A DNA stretch of 64,000 nt from Bacteroidota bacterium (GTDB lineage: Bacteria; Bacteroidota; Rhodothermia; Rhodothermales; JBCCMF01). Each line of letters starts with the position of its first letter. Within the stretch, counting starts at the first letter, position 1. The notes beneath the pieces were generated by a model that saw nothing but the letters and a program-made list of their open reading frames with translations, was not told the DNA's origin and made no database searches. The stretch is from assembly GCA_038747545.1 (NCBI GenBank), contig JBCDJT010000008.1, positions 416 to 64,415 on the forward strand, given 5' to 3'. Below are positions 61,094 through 64,000 of this stretch, one piece after another. Made by a program: the position numbers and the translations under genes.

Positions 61094-62443
61094 CTAGGCC
61101 TGTAGCGCATCGAGCTCAGCACGCTTCGAAAACTCAGCGTCAAAGTTGGCAGCAGCTAGGTGCTTAACGACATGTGCGAGTGGTGCCCGCTGATCAATCC
61201 AGGTCACACATACGTCGTGGCGATAGCGCAGCCCCATCATGTTGAAACCGACGACGGCTTGTGAGTCGGCTTCGTAGTCAATGCGTAGGGCTTGGTCTTG
61301 ATCTGGATGCTCCCAGTAGAGCGATTCGATGCCATCGGGGCGGTTGGGGGCGATGGTACCGTACGTCTGGTACTCGAGGTTGAAGAACTTAGCCGAGTTG
61401 AAGAACACACTGCTCGTGTAGCGCGTGCGGGTGCCACAGATGGACGATGCCACGGTCTTGCCCTGCCTACGCCCGGTGTACCACAGTTGATCGATGCGTT
61501 TGTAGCCGATCCCGTCTTCGCGAAACTGCGCGCAGTCGCCCACCGCGTAAACATCAGGCACGTTGGTCTCCAGGTATGCGTTGACCAGCACCCCGCGATC
61601 CGTTTCGATGGCACTGCCCGCCAGCGCACTCAGGTTGGGCACCACGCCAATGGTGATGCCCACGAATTGCGCCGGGAGCACCTCTCCGCTCTTCGTGACA
61701 ATCTGCTCGGCCGTTCCATCACGGTCCCCTCTGATCTCGGCCAGCTCTTCGCCAAGGCGTAGATCAATGCCATGCTCACGGATCACACGATTCACCATCG
61801 CCGACTCTTCAGCCGGGAGCACCTTGGACATGTACGTGGGCTCGCGCACGAGAAACGTGACGTGGATCCCTCGGCTGTGCAGCATCTCGGCCATCTCCAC
61901 CCCAATCAGGCCGCCGCCAACGACAGCCGCATGCGTAATGCCCTGGGTGGCGGCCTCCATCTGCTCCAAGTCGGGCATGCCGTATAAGCCCTGCACGCCG
62001 TTCAACTCGGCACCGGGCCAGCCGAACCAGCGTGGTGTAGAGCCCGTGGCGATGAGCAACTTGTCGTATTGGATCGGGGCACTATCCTTCAAGTGGACTT
62101 CTTTGCCTTCCACGTCAATACGCACCACCCAGTCGCGCACGAGATCGATGCGGTTCTTGGGCCAAAAGAAGTCCTCGTAGGGCTTGGTGTCTTGATAGCG
62201 CATGTGGCCCATGTAAATGTACATGAGGGCCGTCCGCGAGTAAAAGTGATCCGTCTCGCCCGAGATCACGGTGATACGTATCGTGCTGGACTGCTTGCGC
62301 ACAAACCGCGCTGCAGTCACGCCTGCAATGCCATTGCCGATGATGACGAGGTGCTCGGCCCCGTCAGCACTGGATGGCTCTTGATGGGCGTCTCCGTTGG
62401 CACGGCCATGAAGACGCGAGAGTATGTTTCGTAACTGGACCAT
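61094..62443 (-). CDS. FAD/NAD(P)-dependent pyridine nucleotide-disulphide oxidoreductase family protein (ferredoxin/rubredoxin reductase-like)
   Basis: IIGNGIAG, YDKLLIATGS, VVGGGLIGVE, T..PDVYAVGD; start taken at 62443. Confidence 0.88.
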   Translation of the reverse strand: MVQLRNILSRLHGRANGDAHQEPSSADGAEHLVIIGNGIAGVTAARFVRKQSSTIRITVISGETDHFYSRTALMYIYMGHMRYQDTKPYEDFFWPKNRIDLVRDWVVRIDVEGKEVHLKDSAPIQYDKLLIATGSTPRWFGWPGAELNGVQGLYGMPDLEQMEAATQGITHAAVVGGGLIGVEMAEMLHSRGIHVTFLVREPTYMSKVLPAEESAMVNRVIREHGIDLRLGEELAEIRGDRDGTAEQIVTKSGEVLPAQFVGITIGVVPNLSALAGSAIETDRGVLVNAYLETNVPDVYAVGDCAQFREDGIGYKRIDQLWYTGRRQGKTVASSICGTRTRYTSSVFFNSAKFFNLEYQTYGTIAPNRPDGIESLYWEHPDQDQALRIDYEADSQAVVGFNMMGLRYRHDVCVTWIDQRAPLAHVVKHLAAANFDAEFSKRAELDALQA

Positions 62444-62546
62444 CACTGTATATTTACATCGAACATGGTGGTAGATGCGCCTGGGTTTAGCAACGTTACA
62501 AGGTGTTTCCGTTGCGTCACACAGGTCCACGGCATAGCTTGCGGCC

Positions 62547-63437
62547 ATGACTTACGGCCTCACTGGCAATACGCAGAAAGAAAAGCTCTGGGCGCCTGCT
62601 GCTCGGCTAATCCGCTGGTTCCAAGCGCACGATCAACCGTTCTGCCTGAGCGACGCCGTAGCCGTTGGCCTCGCTGAACGCGGTCTGCTCGATGGTGCCA
62701 TCTGTACCAAGCATACCACAGCTAACTTAGCACGTGACAGCGATCTTGTGCTGTCCTTCGGCGGGGACGGCACGCTACTGAATACAGCCCACATGATTGG
62801 CCAACACGAGACGCCCATCCTGGGTATCAACGTGGGTCGCCTGGGTTTCCTGGCCGACATTGAGGTGGCCCAGATGATCGAGGCGATGGACCATCTAGCC
62901 AGAGGGGACTTCCGTATTGAGGAGCGTCTGGTGCTGGAGGCCCATGTGCATAACGGCGAGCCTCTTCGCGCGACCTGGGCACTCAACGAGGTCGTGATCC
63001 TGCGTAGCGGCTTCGGCAGCTTGATCCACATTGACGTCGCTGTGGACGGTGTGCGGCTGGCCACGTACCGCGCCGACGGGCTTATCCTCTCTACTGCGAC
63101 AGGCTCAACGGCATACAACATGTCCGCAGGCGGGCCCATCATAGCCCCGGGCACCGATGCCCTCTGCCTGACACCACTGGCCCCCCATACCTTGACGCTG
63201 CGGCCGTTCGTGGTATCGGCACAGTCCGAGCTTGAGATCCGCGTGTATAACAACCACGAGCCGTTTGCCTTCGCCGCCGACGGGACCACGACGCCGTTTC
63301 ATCAGGAAGAAGTGCGGTTTTCTATTCGCCGTGCGGGCCATCAGGTGCGCTTGGTCAAGCTACCTGAGCAGCACTATTTCGAAACGCTCCGCAATAAGCT
63401 TTTCTGGGGCCTCCGCAAGCCTGACGACCTGATCTAG
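62547..63437 (+). CDS. nadK: NAD(+) kinase
   Basis: GGDGTLL, GINVGRLGFL, LNE, ADGLILSTATGSTAYNMSAGGP, LRNKL.W. Confidence 0.95.
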   Translation: MTYGLTGNTQKEKLWAPAARLIRWFQAHDQPFCLSDAVAVGLAERGLLDGAICTKHTTANLARDSDLVLSFGGDGTLLNTAHMIGQHETPILGINVGRLGFLADIEVAQMIEAMDHLARGDFRIEERLVLEAHVHNGEPLRATWALNEVVILRSGFGSLIHIDVAVDGVRLATYRADGLILSTATGSTAYNMSAGGPIIAPGTDALCLTPLAPHTLTLRPFVVSAQSELEIRVYNNHEPFAFAADGTTTPFHQEEVRFSIRRAGHQVRLVKLPEQHYFETLRNKLFWGLRKPDDLI

Positions 63438-63449
63438 ATGAGCGCCAAC

Positions 63450-63484
63450 AAAAAAGCCCCAAGCCTACAGAAGGGCCTGGAGCT
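63450..63484 (-). terminator. Minus-strand intrinsic terminator convergent with nadK
   Basis: Minus strand AGCTCCAGGCC-loop-GGCTTGGGGCT followed by TTTTT; two G-U pairs form only on the minus strand. Confidence 0.75.
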
Positions 63485-63510
63485 ATTGAGGTGGTTAGGG
63501 AGGAAAGTGA

Positions 63511-63638
63511 ACCCTGCAATAACAGGCAACAGCACGCAACACAAAACAACGTTTTCACCACCATAATTCGACATGATGTGTTTTTGCATGTTGACGCGTG
63601 TTGCACCGTGTAGCGATATTGTGCCCGCAGTGTACCAG
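63511..63638. repeat. Phased 10-bp-period repeats in inverted arrays upstream of the integrase (att-arm-like)
   Basis: gcaat/gcaac/gcaac/acaac at 63516, 63526, 63536, 63546; gttga/gttgc/gtagc at 63590, 63600, 63610; tgtgccc...tgtacca at 63620-63637. Confidence 0.6.
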
Positions 63639-63663
63639 CAATCAGGTTCGATTCTTTTACAAC

Positions 63664-64000
63664 GTGCCCGTTCACTACTACCTCAACACCCGGCCGGAGT
63701 ACCCCGACACGCGCCCCGTGAGCGTGCTGATCTACCTCGTGTGGAATCGCAGCCGCCGCCTGCGCGTGGCGCTGCCGATCACCGTAGCCCCGAAACACTG
63801 GTCCGGTAAGCATGAGCGGTTGAAGCCGTCCGCCCCCGGTGCTACCGCCATCAACGGTGCGCTCGCCCGCATCAAAGGCGAGGCGGCTGCGCTGATGCTC
63901 TCTGGCGGCTCTACAGACGCCGTACGCGCCGCGCTGCTGGCCGAGCTAGGCCGTGCGCCACTGGAGGCCGTGCCGACCGTTGCGGAGCTGCTGGACGCCT
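63664..64000 (+). mobile_element. N-terminus of a probable tyrosine integrase (arm-DNA-binding domain); partial, runs off the right edge
   Basis: Open frame absent from the ORF track: VPVHYYLNTRPE...VSVLIYLVWNRSRRLRVALPITVAPKHWSGKHERLKPSAPGATAINGALARI. It resembles the Arm-DNA-bind_5 N-terminus of Bacteroidota-type integrases; the catalytic domain is outside the window. Confidence 0.65.

Noticed and set aside
63643-63654. CAGGTTCGATTC resembling a tRNA T-loop (possible att-site tRNA fragment)
   Set aside because: No proper T-stem, acceptor stem or CCA around it; too short to support.
63355-63813. 152-aa minus-strand and 78-aa plus-strand ORFs at the right end
   Set aside because: They cross the terminator and repeat region and overlap the integrase-like frame; no protein-like motifs.

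Overview
A GC-rich, gene-dense chromosomal window, most likely from a Rhodothermota (Rhodothermales-like) bacterium. This is inferred from a SprA T9SS translocon, a T9SS type-A C-terminal domain, and Bacteroidota-type gene families at high GC. Most genes are core metabolism and envelope: egtB/egtD, lgt, sucD, a SAM-I riboswitch-controlled metY-metX-aspartokinase(-asd) cluster, folD, gnd-zwf-pgl, dacB, mreD, lipB, sprA, a tricorn-like S41 peptidase, a short Rho, a membrane-anchored MurF-like ligase, nadK and one tRNA-Gly(GCC). Accessory elements include two small toxin-antitoxin-like pairs inserted into operons, a tandem lipoprotein duplication with a TonB-dependent receptor, and the edge of an integrase-bearing element at the right end. 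The most notable observation is the 799-aa GAF protein (57247-59646). Its C-terminal half shows, in order, the motif series of a class III nucleotidyl cyclase split by a long helical insertion, suggesting an unrecognised sensory cyclase or pseudo-cyclase. Other leads are a structured orphan sRNA next to tRNA-Gly, mosaic paralogous lipoproteins, and phased 10-bp repeats before the integrase. All calls come from motif recognition by eye; no searches were run.
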